The notes under the pieces are model-generated. The model was given only the letters and a program-made list of their open reading frames with translations, was not told the DNA's origin and searched no databases. DNA of 39,427 nt from Octopus bimaculoides (lineage: Eukaryota). The DNA is taken from NCBI RefSeq assembly GCF_001194135.2, contig NC_068982.1:32459311-32498737 (forward strand), given 5' to 3'. Shown here one piece after another: positions 22,051 to 34,363 of this stretch. A program made the position numbers and the translations under genes. How positions within the stretch are numbered: the stretch's first letter is position 1; each line of letters begins with the position of its first letter.

Positions 22051-22195
22051 CGTCAAGTTAGAAGTTTTTAGGGGGTTTGCTTCGAGAATTGCATTCCCTC
22101 GCGTTCAGTAAAAATGTGTTTATTATGGTAGTTTGACTTTTAGAGTCCCTCTTAGCATGAGGCATCCTTGTATAGTAATGCCCTTATATAATTTA

Positions 22196-22221
22196 ATAAT
22201 ATATATATATATATGTATATA

Positions 22222-22310
<89 letters not shown>
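22196..22310. repeat. Long (TA)n microsatellite
   Basis: Nearly pure ta repeat of about 115 bp. The gaps at 3743-4037, 26950-27668 and 30371-30470 also abut (TA)n. Confidence 0.97.
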
Positions 22311-22312
<2 letters not shown>

Positions 22313-22408
22313 AGAGAAAGAAGATGAACAAACAGAAAAAAAAGCAACAACGTGAGGACGTGGTACATGTAAAGTATTAGCAAATGCTCAAGGAAGGAAA
22401 GGAAGACA

Positions 22409-22443
22409 GTTTAACGTTTTGAGCAATGCTCTTCTTCAGAAAC
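22409..22443 (-). ncRNA. Minimal type I hammerhead motif with a core G-to-A change (Penelope-like remnant)
   Basis: Minus strand reads GTTT CTGAAGA A GAGC att GCTC AAAA CG T T AAAC. Stems I and II are perfect, stem III is the palindrome ACGT, and GAAA has become AAAA. Confidence 0.65.
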
Positions 22444-22521
22444 AGAGGAAAGTCCAAGAGAAAGGAAGACGGAGGAGGAAAATCACCAATGATTCACATG
22501 TGGTTACATTTTGAAAAATAT

Positions 22522-22572
<51 letters not shown>

Positions 22573-22632
22573 AATATATATACATACATGCGCACAAATA
22601 TATATATATATATACATACATATATATATATT

Positions 22633-22664
<32 letters not shown>

Positions 22665-22954
22665 AATACATGCACAAATATATAAAAAGATAATGTTTAT
22701 TATTATATTAGGAGAGTATACATACATTTTAACACTTTACAGTATACTTACATTTATATATAATTCTATACATCGATCTAAAACAACAGGATTACTAAAG
22801 GAAGACCGGAATTAAAGAGAGGAGAAAACCAAAATGTCTCATGATATTCATTGAAGGATTTTATGTCACATATTCTCATTTTAAAAATCATCTCCGGTTA
22901 ATCGTTGAGAGGACATTTATGTTGCGTTGGCAGAATGGAAAAGATTATTATTAT

Positions 22955-23092
22955 TATTTGCCAAGGTGAACTTAGCCTTTCACTCATTTGCAGTCTATAA
23001 AACAAGTCCCAGTGTGATCAGAATAATCAACTATACCTCCCACAGACACATACCCCAAAGAAACTTCAGGCTTTTTGCCTATAGTAGAAAGG

Positions 23093-23138
<46 letters not shown>

Positions 23139-23140
23139 TA
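22955..23140 (+). mobile_element. Partial (TTA)n-tailed SINE in + orientation
   Basis: Ends ttcaggctttttgcctatagtagaaaggattattatt(att)n, the reverse complement of the unit end at 34806. Preceded by (tta)n. Confidence 0.7.
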
Positions 23141-23294
23141 ATTCGTTTTTTTTTTTACTTTATGTCTGTTTTTCAATGTATATTATAGTAGAAAGAAGAG
23201 GATGAAGAGGAATGATGGAAGAAGAGTTGGATAGAAGCAAAAGGAGGAGGAAATCGAGGAGGAAGGGCAGTAGGATATAGATAAAAACACATAC

Positions 23295-23427
23295 CTCCAC
23301 CACATGAAGAAGTGCAGTGTGACCAATCTGTATACTGCCAACTGAATTCTGGAATTCGGTGGCTAGCATTCTCATTTGGCACAGTATACTCAAACTCAAC
23401 TCCAGGATTTGTCGACTGCAGTAACAA
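23295..23427 (-). CDS. ADAMTS7/12: ADAMTS7/12-like exon: end of spacer and start of a TSR
   Basis: Acceptor ttctctttatag|TTG and donor GGAG|gtatgt. 133 nt, phase 0 to 1. Encodes LLLQSTNPGVEFEYTVPNENASHRIPEFSWQYTDWSHCTSSCGG(G). Confidence 0.93.
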
Positions 23428-24772
23428 CTATAAAGAGAAAATGAAACAATGAAATTAGCAACAGAGTAAATTATAAGGACTAATAGTCACAACTAGCTCC
23501 TTTTATTCTGTTTCCTGATGAGTGTGTAGCCATTTGGTTTGCATGTTCATCTGACAGGTAGGTTTTAAGTTTCTAGAAGTTGGTGAGGCAAATGATTAGG
23601 TCAATGATATCTCAAAAGTTTATGAGTTTTGAGAAGACTTCTTTTCTTGTACTATATACATAATCTCTATGTATATTGAAATAAGGCAATATATCTTTCT
23701 ACTCATTTGCAATGATAACAGGGTCACTGTCATTTGTTATCAGGGTAGTCTGCAACAGGACCTCATAGAAATGGTCCTTTTACTTATAAATTACATCTTT
23801 GCATTCCTCTTTTAATGTACATTTTTTCCATAATTGCATGCATTAAACAGAAATTATTGAGGAAGATTTTTTACAACTGACTACCTAACCTGTTGCCAAC
23901 CTTCACTTGTTTCTAAGCAAAGTAATACTCCCTCCTAGCCAGAAACATTTTTCATAAGAAGACTGGCAAAGAAAATCATTTGTATGATGGTAACTCATAA
24001 AAAAAGCACCTAGTATAATCTATTAAATGGTTGGTGATTGGAAGGGCATCTAGCTGTAGAAACCATACCAAAACAAACAGAATCGAATGCAGCCCTCTAT
24101 CTCATCTGTCCTTGTCGAACAATCCAACCCATGCCAGCATAGAAGAACATTAAATGATGATGATGATAATGATTATATACATACACATATAAGTTTATGT
24201 ATATTGATAAATGTATTTGTATATGTATACATACATGTGTGTATGTGCATATAAATACACACACACATGGAATACATAAAGAGAATTTACATAAATTAAT
24301 AGGACTAAAGAGAAAAACAATAAGATATATCATTTTCATACAAGTATTTAATCATTCAATATCCATATGTATCTTTTGAATAAAAAAAATAAACTCATTG
24401 ATAAATTGATAAATTATTCACAATGAATCATACTTCTAATGATTAATTTCTCAAAGAAACTGTTGGAGCTCTAGATTAAATAATGTACTGCATTTTGTTG
24501 TGTACGTTACTTTTGATTTGGAATCATCTACAACTTAGCTTTAACTTATCATTCCTAACATGTCAATGACATAAATACCATTAATAAATTTGAGTTGATT
24601 CATACAGCTAGATTTGCATCCTCTAAACGTATTGCTTTTGTGATGTGTGTGTGTCTGTTCATATATGTATGAGATTATAGACTATAGTTTCTTATAGTTT
24701 CATAAATAATTGTTCTCAAATTCCTCAGTGCCTTAAGTAAATTATACATATATTTATATATATATATATATG

Positions 24773-24849
<77 letters not shown>

Positions 24850-24984
24850 TGTGTGTGTGTGTGAATTTGTTCAGGTATGGCAGATGCAGGCACAGCTATG
24901 TGGTTAAGAAGTTTGCTTCCCAATAATTTAATTTGGCGTTCAATCCCACTGTATATTGGCTTAGTATAGTCCAAGATCTGTCTC

Positions 24985-25250
24985 TACAGTGAACTGCCTG
25001 AAGGAAAATATCCTTATGTCGCTCCCTTGGGGTGGTACAAAAACCAACTCAAATCAACCCTGAAAAGCACCAACATCTACCCCGCACACTGGGAAGATAT
25101 CTCAGCAAACAGATCCTGCTGGAGACACACCATCAAAATGGGTTCTGCAGGCTTCAAGAAAGCCAGAGTCGCAAGAGCTGAACTCAAGAGACGGAAAAGA
25201 AAACAGCACCTTCTCCTTCCCAAACCACCCCCTTCTATCCCAGGAAAATG
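24985..25250 (+). mobile_element. RTE-BovB-type LINE ORF2 C-terminal remnant
   Basis: Encodes SELPEGK...YKNQLKSTLKSTNIYPAHWEDISANRSCWRHTIKMGSAGFKKARVARAELKRRKRK, resembling the BovB-type GEL--GKR...KD-LK--LK---I----WE--A-DR--WR--I--G ending. Different from the 9099/12838 family. Confidence 0.7.
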
Positions 25251-25379
25251 AACTGGATTGCAAGCTCAGAAACATGAGATGCAGCCAACAAACATATACA
25301 AAGGACTGGGAGATATGATAACTTGCTGTACTTGAAAAGATGCATCAAGCTAAGTAAAACCACTGTCTTCCATACATAC

Positions 25380-25692
25380 AGGTGCTGGTGTCACATAAAA
25401 AGTACCCATGCTGGTGCTGCATAAACACACCTATTCTGGTGCTGCATAAATGTACCTGTGCTAGTGGCATGTAAAAATCACCCAGTACACTCAGTTGAGT
25501 GGTTGGTGTTTGGAAGAGCATCCAGCTGTGAAGACCATGCTATAGCAGACAAATGCAGTTTGGACAGCTCCCAGCTGAACAACTCTATGTAAATGACTGC
25601 AAGCTGGACAAGGAGGACAATGACAACATAAAACCGTCTAACCCATGCCAGCATAGAAAACAGACACTAAACGATGATGATGACGGTGACAT
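25380..25692 (+). mobile_element. Old RTE 3' UTR with tandem 25-28 bp units and (GAT)n tail
   Basis: Four tgctggtg(c/t)..cataaa..cacc-like units, then gagtggttggtgtttggaagagcatccagctgt...aacccatgccagcatagaaaacagacactaaacgatgatg. Confidence 0.65.
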
Positions 25693-26899
25693 ACATATAA
25701 ACAATGGTTTTCTTCAAGTTTCTCTCTATCAAATCAACTCAACTCACAAGTCTAAAACTGAAGAGTTAGAAATAGCAAAAGTACCTATTAAACAAGGATA
25801 AATCACATATAAGTTTATGGAACATTATATATATAAGTTAGCATGGAAAAAATATTTCAGTTGATATTCCTAGTCTGTATGTGTACACTTCGTGTGTGTG
25901 TGCCTCTCTGTGTGTGCGTCATTTGTGTATGTGTGTGTGTATGCATGCATGTGTGTGTGTCTGTGCCTCTGTGAGTGTATGTGTGTGTGTGCCTCTGTGC
26001 ATGCACATGTGCTTCTTTGTGCATGTGTGTGTGTGAATGAATGTTATCATGAGGTTTTGTCCTGTGATCTCTGGAGTCAAGTAGATTAACTAGTATCTAC
26101 ACAATCACAATTTAGCAATTGTCTGCAATTAAAAGTCGGGTATGTCGTAATGAGCAATAGGGTTGATGCTCTATTGATAGACACCTTTGATCATAAAGCA
26201 TTTTAAAGCAATTGACTCATTTGTCTGATAACTGACAGATCAAATATAAAAAGAAAAAGGAAGACTTGTGAAAACAAAAGCTAAACGAAATAGTCTTACT
26301 GTAATAAAATGATGGAGTTATAATGCCAAAAGAGAGAAAGTGAGAGAGAGAAAGAGAAAGAGAGGCTATAACTGTTTCAAAGAGGTTAAAGAAAAACAAA
26401 AACCTAGAAGCTGAGGAAACTTGTGATCGTGTACATCAAAAAGGGTGAAAAAAAAACACACAATAAAATTCATAAAATTCGTGATTTTATCTGAAATCGT
26501 GCTTTGCATCATAATAGATTTATATCAGACATATAAAATACAATTACACTGTTATATTCACAACTGTTTTCTCATTATTTTGTGATATTTGTATAGATCT
26601 TCAACTATCAAAGTCTCTCAGCTTACATCTATGACCTAGTCGCTGGTAATGCTTATGTGTGTGTGTGTGTGTATGCTTGAGTGTGCACATATATGCATAT
26701 ATATACGCATATATGTATTATCTTCTTTGTCATCGTCATCATTATCATTTTAAATCTGCTTTCCATGTTGACATGCATTGATGATCCATGCTTATGACCT
26801 CTTTGCCACATCTCTTAAACTGATGGGAGAAGAAGAGTAGGAACATCAGCTCATGTGTTATTCTGAGCCTGGAGACCTGGTTCAAATGCTAGCAACGTC

Positions 26900-26949
<50 letters not shown>

Positions 26950-28159
26950 NNNNNNNNNNNNNNNNNNNNNNNNNNNNNNNNNNNNNNNNNNNNNNNNNNN
27001 NNNNNNNNNNNNNNNNNNNNNNNNNNNNNNNNNNNNNNNNNNNNNNNNNNNNNNNNNNNNNNNNNNNNNNNNNNNNNNNNNNNNNNNNNNNNNNNNNNNN
27101 NNNNNNNNNNNNNNNNNNNNNNNNNNNNNNNNNNNNNNNNNNNNNNNNNNNNNNNNNNNNNNNNNNNNNNNNNNNNNNNNNNNNNNNNNNNNNNNNNNNN
27201 NNNNNNNNNNNNNNNNNNNNNNNNNNNNNNNNNNNNNNNNNNNNNNNNNNNNNNNNNNNNNNNNNNNNNNNNNNNNNNNNNNNNNNNNNNNNNNNNNNNN
27301 NNNNNNNNNNNNNNNNNNNNNNNNNNNNNNNNNNNNNNNNNNNNNNNNNNNNNNNNNNNNNNNNNNNNNNNNNNNNNNNNNNNNNNNNNNNNNNNNNNNN
27401 NNNNNNNNNNNNNNNNNNNNNNNNNNNNNNNNNNNNNNNNNNNNNNNNNNNNNNNNNNNNNNNNNNNNNNNNNNNNNNNNNNNNNNNNNNNNNNNNNNNN
27501 NNNNNNNNNNNNNNNNNNNNNNNNNNNNNNNNNNNNNNNNNNNNNNNNNNNNNNNNNNNNNNNNNNNNNNNNNNNNNNNNNNNNNNNNNNNNNNNNNNNN
27601 NNNNNNNNNNNNNNNNNNNNNNNNNNNNNNNNNNNNNNNNNNNNNNNNNNNNNNNNNNNNNNNNNNNNATTGGTTTGCACAGTTCCTGGTGGAGTCTTTG
27701 AGCAGAGGCACACACACACATACACTCACAGAGGCACAGACACACACACATATATATATGTGTGTGTATGTTTGTGTCTGTCCTCCACCACTGCTTGACA
27801 ATCATTGTTGGAGTGTTTACTTCCCCATGACATAGCAGTTTGGCAAATAAGACCGATAGAATAAATACCAGGCTTAAAAAAAAGGTAAGTACTGGGTCGA
27901 TTCATTCAACTAAATATTCTTTAAGGTGGTGCCCCAGTATGGCCGTAGTCTAATGACTGAAACAAATAAAGGATAGAAAATAATAACTGATAGCTTCTGT
28001 TATCTATGTGATGAAATTATTGATTGAGGGGAAGAGGGGGGAGGACAATGATGAAAAGAAGAAGAAAATTATATATACCTTTGTGTGTTTGTGTGTGTAT
28101 ATTTGTGTAAGTTTATATGTAAACTTCTTTGCATCATGAAAGAAATCATATAACAAAGT

Positions 28160-28484
28160 TAACTGAGACACCATCTGTTTCGATGACAAGTGTTCCAGTT
28201 GGTCCAATCAATGGAACAGCCTGCTTGTGGTATTAATGTGCAACTGGCTGAGCACTCCACAGACACACACATAACCTTAACATAGTTCTCAAAGGAATTC
28301 AACACAAGTTAATGTGACAAGGCTATCCCTTTGAATTACAGGTACTACTCATTTTTTCCAGCTGAGTGGACTGGAGTAACATGAAATAAAGTGCGTCACT
28401 CAAGGATACAACACACCACCAGGTATCAAACTCATGACCCTATGATCATGAGCTCAATACCCCAAGCACTAAGCCATGTGCTTT
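28160..28484 (-). mobile_element. tRNA-derived SINE, diverged (core of 15250 joined to tail of 17490)
   Basis: Contains ctccagtccactcagctggaaaaaatgagta, followed by cctgtaattcaaaggg...tctgtggagtgctcagcca...caactggaac. Confidence 0.75.
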
Positions 28485-28552
28485 CGAAATTAAACATAAT
28501 GAAATTATATATTTATAGATTGCTTACAAGTAATAAACAATAATAATATCAA

Positions 28553-28933
28553 AAAAGAGCACTCAGAGAGCGCAAACCTATGCCAAGGCAACACCAACGT
28601 CTTCTCAACGATTAGCCAAAGATGATTTTTAAAATGAGAATATTTGAAATAAACTCAACAACTGCTCTCACAAACAAGAATACTAAAAATGAACCTGACT
28701 GCTCTCAAAAATTAAGTAAAAGAAAAAAACAGGAAAAATAATCCAGAAGCCTTGTCCACAACCAGATCAATCCCCAAATCTAATTAATTTATACCAGCCA
28801 CAAGGCCACACAACCTTGAAAGTTTCATCCAAATCCACCCAGCAGTTCTTGAGATATATTGTCCATGGACAAACAAGCAAACAAACAAACACGACTGAAA
28901 ACAATACCTCCGCCTTAGTGAAGACGGAGGTAA
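28553..28933 (-). mobile_element. Non-autonomous Helentron-type (DINE-1/HINE-like) element
   Basis: Minus strand: 5' palindrome ACCTCCGTCTT-cact-AAGGCGGAGGT, (GTTT)n microsatellite, 3' subterminal repeat GGCATAGGT and 3' stem-loop GCGCTC-TCT-GAGTGC, in T-rich flanks. Homologous to 34364-34729. Confidence 0.72.
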
Positions 28934-28959
28934 AAATAGACAAGTAGTGTGAAACGTAC

Positions 28960-29213
28960 CATAATTGTTAGTGGTTCTTTTAAAGGTCCAACAGCATTGA
29001 AGCTTTCAACATCTCCTTCACGTGAATAATGGACAATTGTGCCAGCTATTTCATAGTCACCACTCCATTCAATAAACCATCCCCCATTCAAATAGTATTC
29101 TCCATTCTGGTTACGCAGGGCTAGATAGTTGTGTTCTGCAGATTGTGCACCTTTCAATTCATTGACAAATATATTTCGAGCCCCTGCTGGGATCATTTTC
29201 ACTTCTTGGTATC
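28960..29213 (-). CDS. ADAMTS7/12: ADAMTS7/12-like exon (first in window): spacer domain
   Basis: Acceptor tttatttcttctttaag|GA and donor ATG|gtacgt. 254 nt, phase 1 to 0. Encodes (G)YQEVKMIPAGARNIFVNE...NYLALRNQNGEYYLNGGWFIEWSGDYEIAGT...GPLKEPLTIM, the typical ADAMTS spacer (IPAGA, YLAL, YYLNGGW, GP-KEP). Confidence 0.93.
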
Positions 29214-30470
29214 CTTAAAGAAGAAATAAAAAAAAGTTTTAAAATTGTGTTAATGCATGGATGTGTTTGCATACATGCATACATACATACATATAAGATA
29301 ATCAACCGTTTAAACAATTAGGTAAACAAATCCATACGTGTGTGTGTGTGTGTGCGTGCGTGCACACTTGTGTGAATGTGTTTACATACACATACATTCA
29401 CACTTGGATTTGATGGTTCAAACAGGAGATATAGAATTCAATAGACAAAGTAGATTTACCAAGTACTATACATGAAACTCTTTGCACTTAAATGAATTAT
29501 GTAGCTTTACAGCTATATAGTAAAGAAGTTTATGTATGTATATGTGTATGTATAGATATATAAATATGAATAAATACACATGTGCTCACACACACACACA
29601 CACACACATATATAGTGGGTGTTGGGTTAAAGAAAAAGCAGGAACATCAATTAATTATGATTTTATGCAACATATTCCCCTCTCAGATACACACTTATTG
29701 CAATGGTCCTTCAGTTTTTAAGTCCTGTAAAAGAACTCAGAAAATTGGGTCTCCAGCCAGGCCTTTTGTGATACCCTTAAAACTAGGAACTTTTCAGCAC
29801 CCCCTTGTGTGTGTATGTATGTATATATATATATATATACATGCACACACAGATTGACTATGCCTTGCTCCAGTGTCTGTTTGGCATGGTTTCTGTGACT
29901 GGATGCAATACCTAATGCCAACTACTTCACAATGTGTACTGAGTGCTTTTTTCATGAGACCAGCGCTAGTGAGGTTGTCATAAGACTACAAACAGTAAGT
30001 GAGGAGGCAACTTTATGCTAGGAGAATAAGAAGTTGAAGAGAGTAATGTGTGAGAGAAAAGATCCAGAGCAGAACAAGTTCCTTGCTTCAGATGAGATAC
30101 ATGACTACTCACACTTTAACAGAGAATGGAGATTGAGGAAGAAAGTAATATAAGTGGTGATGAGGCGTTACAGTGGACTTTCAGGATACAAGGTGGGAAA
30201 GAATAGGTGAGGCAGTGGTGCCGGAAGTGAGTGGGGGAGTAGGGGATGTCTAATAGTATGGCATAGCATTTCTATTTTGCCTCTTCTATGCGTCTGAGGC
30301 TGTCCTCAAATTTACCTTCCTGCTGTCCTCAAATTTACCTTCCTGCTTTGCGGTATTTGGTGGACGGTATNNNNNNNNNNNNNNNNNNNNNNNNNNNNNN
30401 NNNNNNNNNNNNNNNNNNNNNNNNNNNNNNNNNNNNNNNNNNNNNNNNNNNNNNNNNNNNNNNNNNNNNN

Positions 30471-30509
<39 letters not shown>

Positions 30510-31299
30510 ACTTATATGCAGAGAGAGTGAAGAGATTTGATCTGATGTCAGTCTTATATATTAATTTAACACACACATACACACATATATTTATATAAAT
30601 GTATGTATGTATAAACACAACATATATATAATATATGCACATATACATGCACACATACATCCACATATATATAACATCGTGTGTGTGTGTATGTATGTAT
30701 GTATGTATGAATGAATGAATGAATGAATTTATATTATATGTGTAGTATTTTAGTGTAAGAAAATGAAAACATTTTTTACAAATATATTTTGTCATCAAAA
30801 TTAAATAGTATCATATTGATATACTGTATATCTTACATTATAAAAACGGTCTATTTCAGGAGAGGAGAGGTGTTTTTGAATTTTTTATCTTCTGATGGAA
30901 TATCAGCAAGATTTTGAAAATATATTTCTATTATATAAATGATATGTAGTGAGGATGAACAGATTTGATCTGATATCAGTCTTATATATTAATTTATGGA
31001 AAAGGTGGCAAAGGTTAGCACCAGGATGGGCATCTAGCTATAAAACAATACTTCAAATAGCAGATTTCTCCAACCTCTGCAAGCATGAAAACAGATGAAC
31101 AAATGATATAGGCTCTTGTTCAACCAATTTGACCATGATTCAGTGCATGGTGCAGACTTGGCTGCATGGTCAAGAAGCTTACTTCCAAATTGTGCGGCCT
31201 TGGGTGCAGTCCAAGTATCTTCTACTATAGCCTTGGGGTGACCAAAACCTTGTGTGTGAACTTGGTAGATGAAAACAAAAGCATGTGTGTTGAAACCGG

Positions 31300-31626
31300 T
31301 ATTGTTGTATTTCGGGATGGTCAAATTTTTTTTTTTTTGCCAAATAAACACATGTGCTATATATATTTTTTTTCTTCCCTCGTTTATTACAGTTCTTATT
31401 TTGTTATTTTAACTCATGTCCATTGTCCAGAAATCTTTCGTCACACATCTGTGACCTCTTCAGTGACACTTTTTGTTTTCATGCGTGTTCTTACTCTACT
31501 CACTCCATTCTGTTCTTCGGCAGCCCCATCTTCTCACCCCATTATGCTGCTGCACAATGGGGTGAGAGGATGGAGCTGCTGAGGGGAAGACCATACTGCT
31601 GCTAAAAACTATGACACACACTCAAG

Positions 31627-31664
<38 letters not shown>

Positions 31665-31952
31665 CATGCATGCACACACACACACACATACAAACAAGGA
31701 CACGAACGTGTGCGTACATAAGGATACACACCTTAGAAGAACAGAATGGAGTAAGTGGAACAAGAACACGCACGAAAATGCAAAGTGTCCCTGAAGAGGT
31801 GACAGATGTGTGACGAAAGATTTTTGGACAATGGACATGAGTTAAAATTAAAAAAATAAGAACTGTAATAAACAAGTGAAGAAAAAATATATACAGTGCA
31901 TGTGTTTATTTGGCATTAAAAAAAAAAATTACCATCCCAAAATACAACAATA
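31300..31952. mobile_element. Foldback/MITE-like element with about 220-bp TIRs
   Basis: 31300-31518 is the reverse complement of 31736-31952 with scattered substitutions. The core holds a 23-bp hairpin and (CA)n. Superfamily and target duplication not identified. Confidence 0.8.
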
Positions 31953-31978
31953 TATTTACACACACATATATATATATA

Positions 31979-32128
31979 TCATCATCATCATCGTTTAACG
32001 TCCGCTTTCCATGCTAGCATGGGTTGGACGATTTGACTGAGGACTGGTGAAACCAGATGGCTACACCAGGCTCCAATCTGATTTGGCAGAGTTTCTATAG
32101 CTGGATGCCCTTCCTAACGCCAACCACT
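31979..32128 (-). mobile_element. Short RTE LINE 3' end
   Basis: Reverse complement of the last 150 nt of the RTE 3' UTR, with a (GAT)n tail. Confidence 0.85.
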
Positions 32129-33964
32129 TAATATAAGCAGCAGTTTGCAATGTTTAACCCAAAAGGAGAATTATAATTGCCACTAAATATGATTAGGGTG
32201 TTAGAAACACTTACATTGCTAGAAATAGGAGCTAAAATGCTCTCATGCTGTAGTCAACACACATAAATGTAAACATATACACTAACAGGGACCTTAATCA
32301 TCAGAAAAATGCCAATCGGGATTTCTTAATACTGAGTAATATTGCAAACCAGAAAGGTGTCATGCATTAGAAGGGAAACATAGCTTTCTCAGATGAAGAA
32401 GAGAGAGAGAGGAAAGAAAGGTGGTGAAGATGTGACACAGTGGGGGAAAGTGCCATACACCCAAGTTAGTGTGCTGTATATAGTGGAAGTGAATCAGAAA
32501 TTGGAGAAGATGGGCTGGTGGATGAATTCACCAGATTTCAAAAGGTGAGTGGGAGCTAGAGATAGAGAGAAGGAAAGGGATTTGACAGGGGCATATTGTG
32601 TGCAGGTAGATAGGTGGTTCTGTGAAGAGGAATGGAGGGGGAGGGAGCAATGGTGGTGAGTATGTATGGGGAGGGAATGGGTCATGAACATGGATTTTAC
32701 TTTGTTGGGTTTCTTCTCAAGCGCAGCATTTTATTAATTGTCTTGGTTTGACAAAAGTGATCAACAGAATAAGTACCAGTTCTAAAACAAAAATGCATTA
32801 GGGCCAATTCATTCAACTAAAACCCTTCAAGATGAGGCACCAGTATGGCCACAACCCAATAACTGAGTCCTTTTTAAAGATACTTGAGTAAGGGAGAGAT
32901 ATAACAACTGAATGATTACGTGGAGGGTCCTAAATAAGCTCATCTATTTTCTTTTTTTTCCAGCTCTCTATGTATGTATATATATATGTAAATGCACGTG
33001 TGTGTTTGTGTGTGTGTATGTAAATGCATGTGTGTATTTGTGTGTGTGGAGACTCCCACAGGGTGGGAGGGAGTCGCAGCGCAGAGGGAGATTTGGTGAG
33101 GCTACATCCAGACAACTGCAAGCAATTTTGAGAAGGCCAGATGACAAACATCAAAAGTTTCATCCTCAAAATCCCCATCTGACCAAAGCCTACATATTTG
33201 CCCATAGTAAACCATAGGTTGCTATTCAAGGGATCAGCTTACACAGTCACTTAAAGACATGTTGCTTTATCCTCATGATCTATGGACATGAAGAACTATC
33301 ATCATCATTATCATGTATATCTGTATGTATGTTATGAATGGAGAGATATAGGGAACAGAAGTCAAGTTAGTCTTATCTGAGGAGCAGTCAACAAGCTATG
33401 AAATAGTATATCAGGGGACTCCCTCTCATTTTCCAATGGTAGTGACCCAGCATTGCCACAGCCTCTAACTGGAACAATTAAAAGTAAATACATACACACA
33501 CATATATAAATGTAGACGTTATCGTTAAAGAGGAAGTCATATATCAGTTGTTGTGAAATGAAAAATAGATGTTTACAAATATAATCATTTTAGTATAAAT
33601 ATTTTTGTTTATTAAATTAATATAAATTTCAGACAGAGATTAAAGCAGCTTATAAAATACCAAGCCTTTATACAAGATTAATATTTAGAAATTTAAAAAT
33701 AAACTTAAGACTTAATCCATGTGTGTGTATGTGTGTGTGTATCTGTGTGTAAAATAGATAATCATTTTCCTAAGAATATTTTTACATAAAATTGTGTGTG
33801 TGTTTTTCAGTGTGTTCTTGTGTGTACATGCATGTATATACATGCTTGTTGGATGATATATACCATTGCTTGCCCAAATATAGAAGCTGGTGGATAATTG
33901 GTTATATTACAATGGGAATCAGCATAATAATGTACAGTGAAATTATCCCAATAATAATAAAAAT

Positions 33965-34345
33965 CCTTGCTACTATAAACACAAGGCCTGACATTTTGGG
34001 GGAGAGGGGAGTCGATTACATCGACCTCAGGACTCAACTGGTATTTAACCATGAAAGGATGAAAGGTAAAGTCAATCTTGGCAGAATTTGAACTCAACAT
34101 AAAGACAGACAAATGCCACTAAGCATTTTGCTTGGCATGCTGATAATTCTGCCGTCTCAGGTACAAGGCTTGAAATTTAGCGGGGCTAGTCAGTTACATT
34201 GACCTCAATGTTTAACTGATAATTATTTTATTGATTCCATAAGAATGACAAGCAAAGTTGAGTAGCATTTGAACACAGAACATACAAACGAAATGTCGGT
34301 TAGGATTTTGTTCAAAGTGGTAACGATTCTGCCACCTTTCCACCT
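33965..34345 (-). mobile_element. Two adjacent diverged (TTA)n-tailed SINEs
   Basis: Two consecutive units homologous to 35042-35255, bounded by aat repeats. Confidence 0.7.
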
Positions 34346-34363
34346 AAACTAATAATAATAATT

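Noticed and set aside
23510-23560. CTGATGAG followed by a possible stem (hammerhead candidate)
   Set aside because: There is no GAAA core after the stem and no stem I pairing.
30299-30344. Perfect 23-bp tandem duplication gctgtcctcaaatttaccttcct
   Set aside because: An ordinary slippage duplication next to a gap, with no sign of function.
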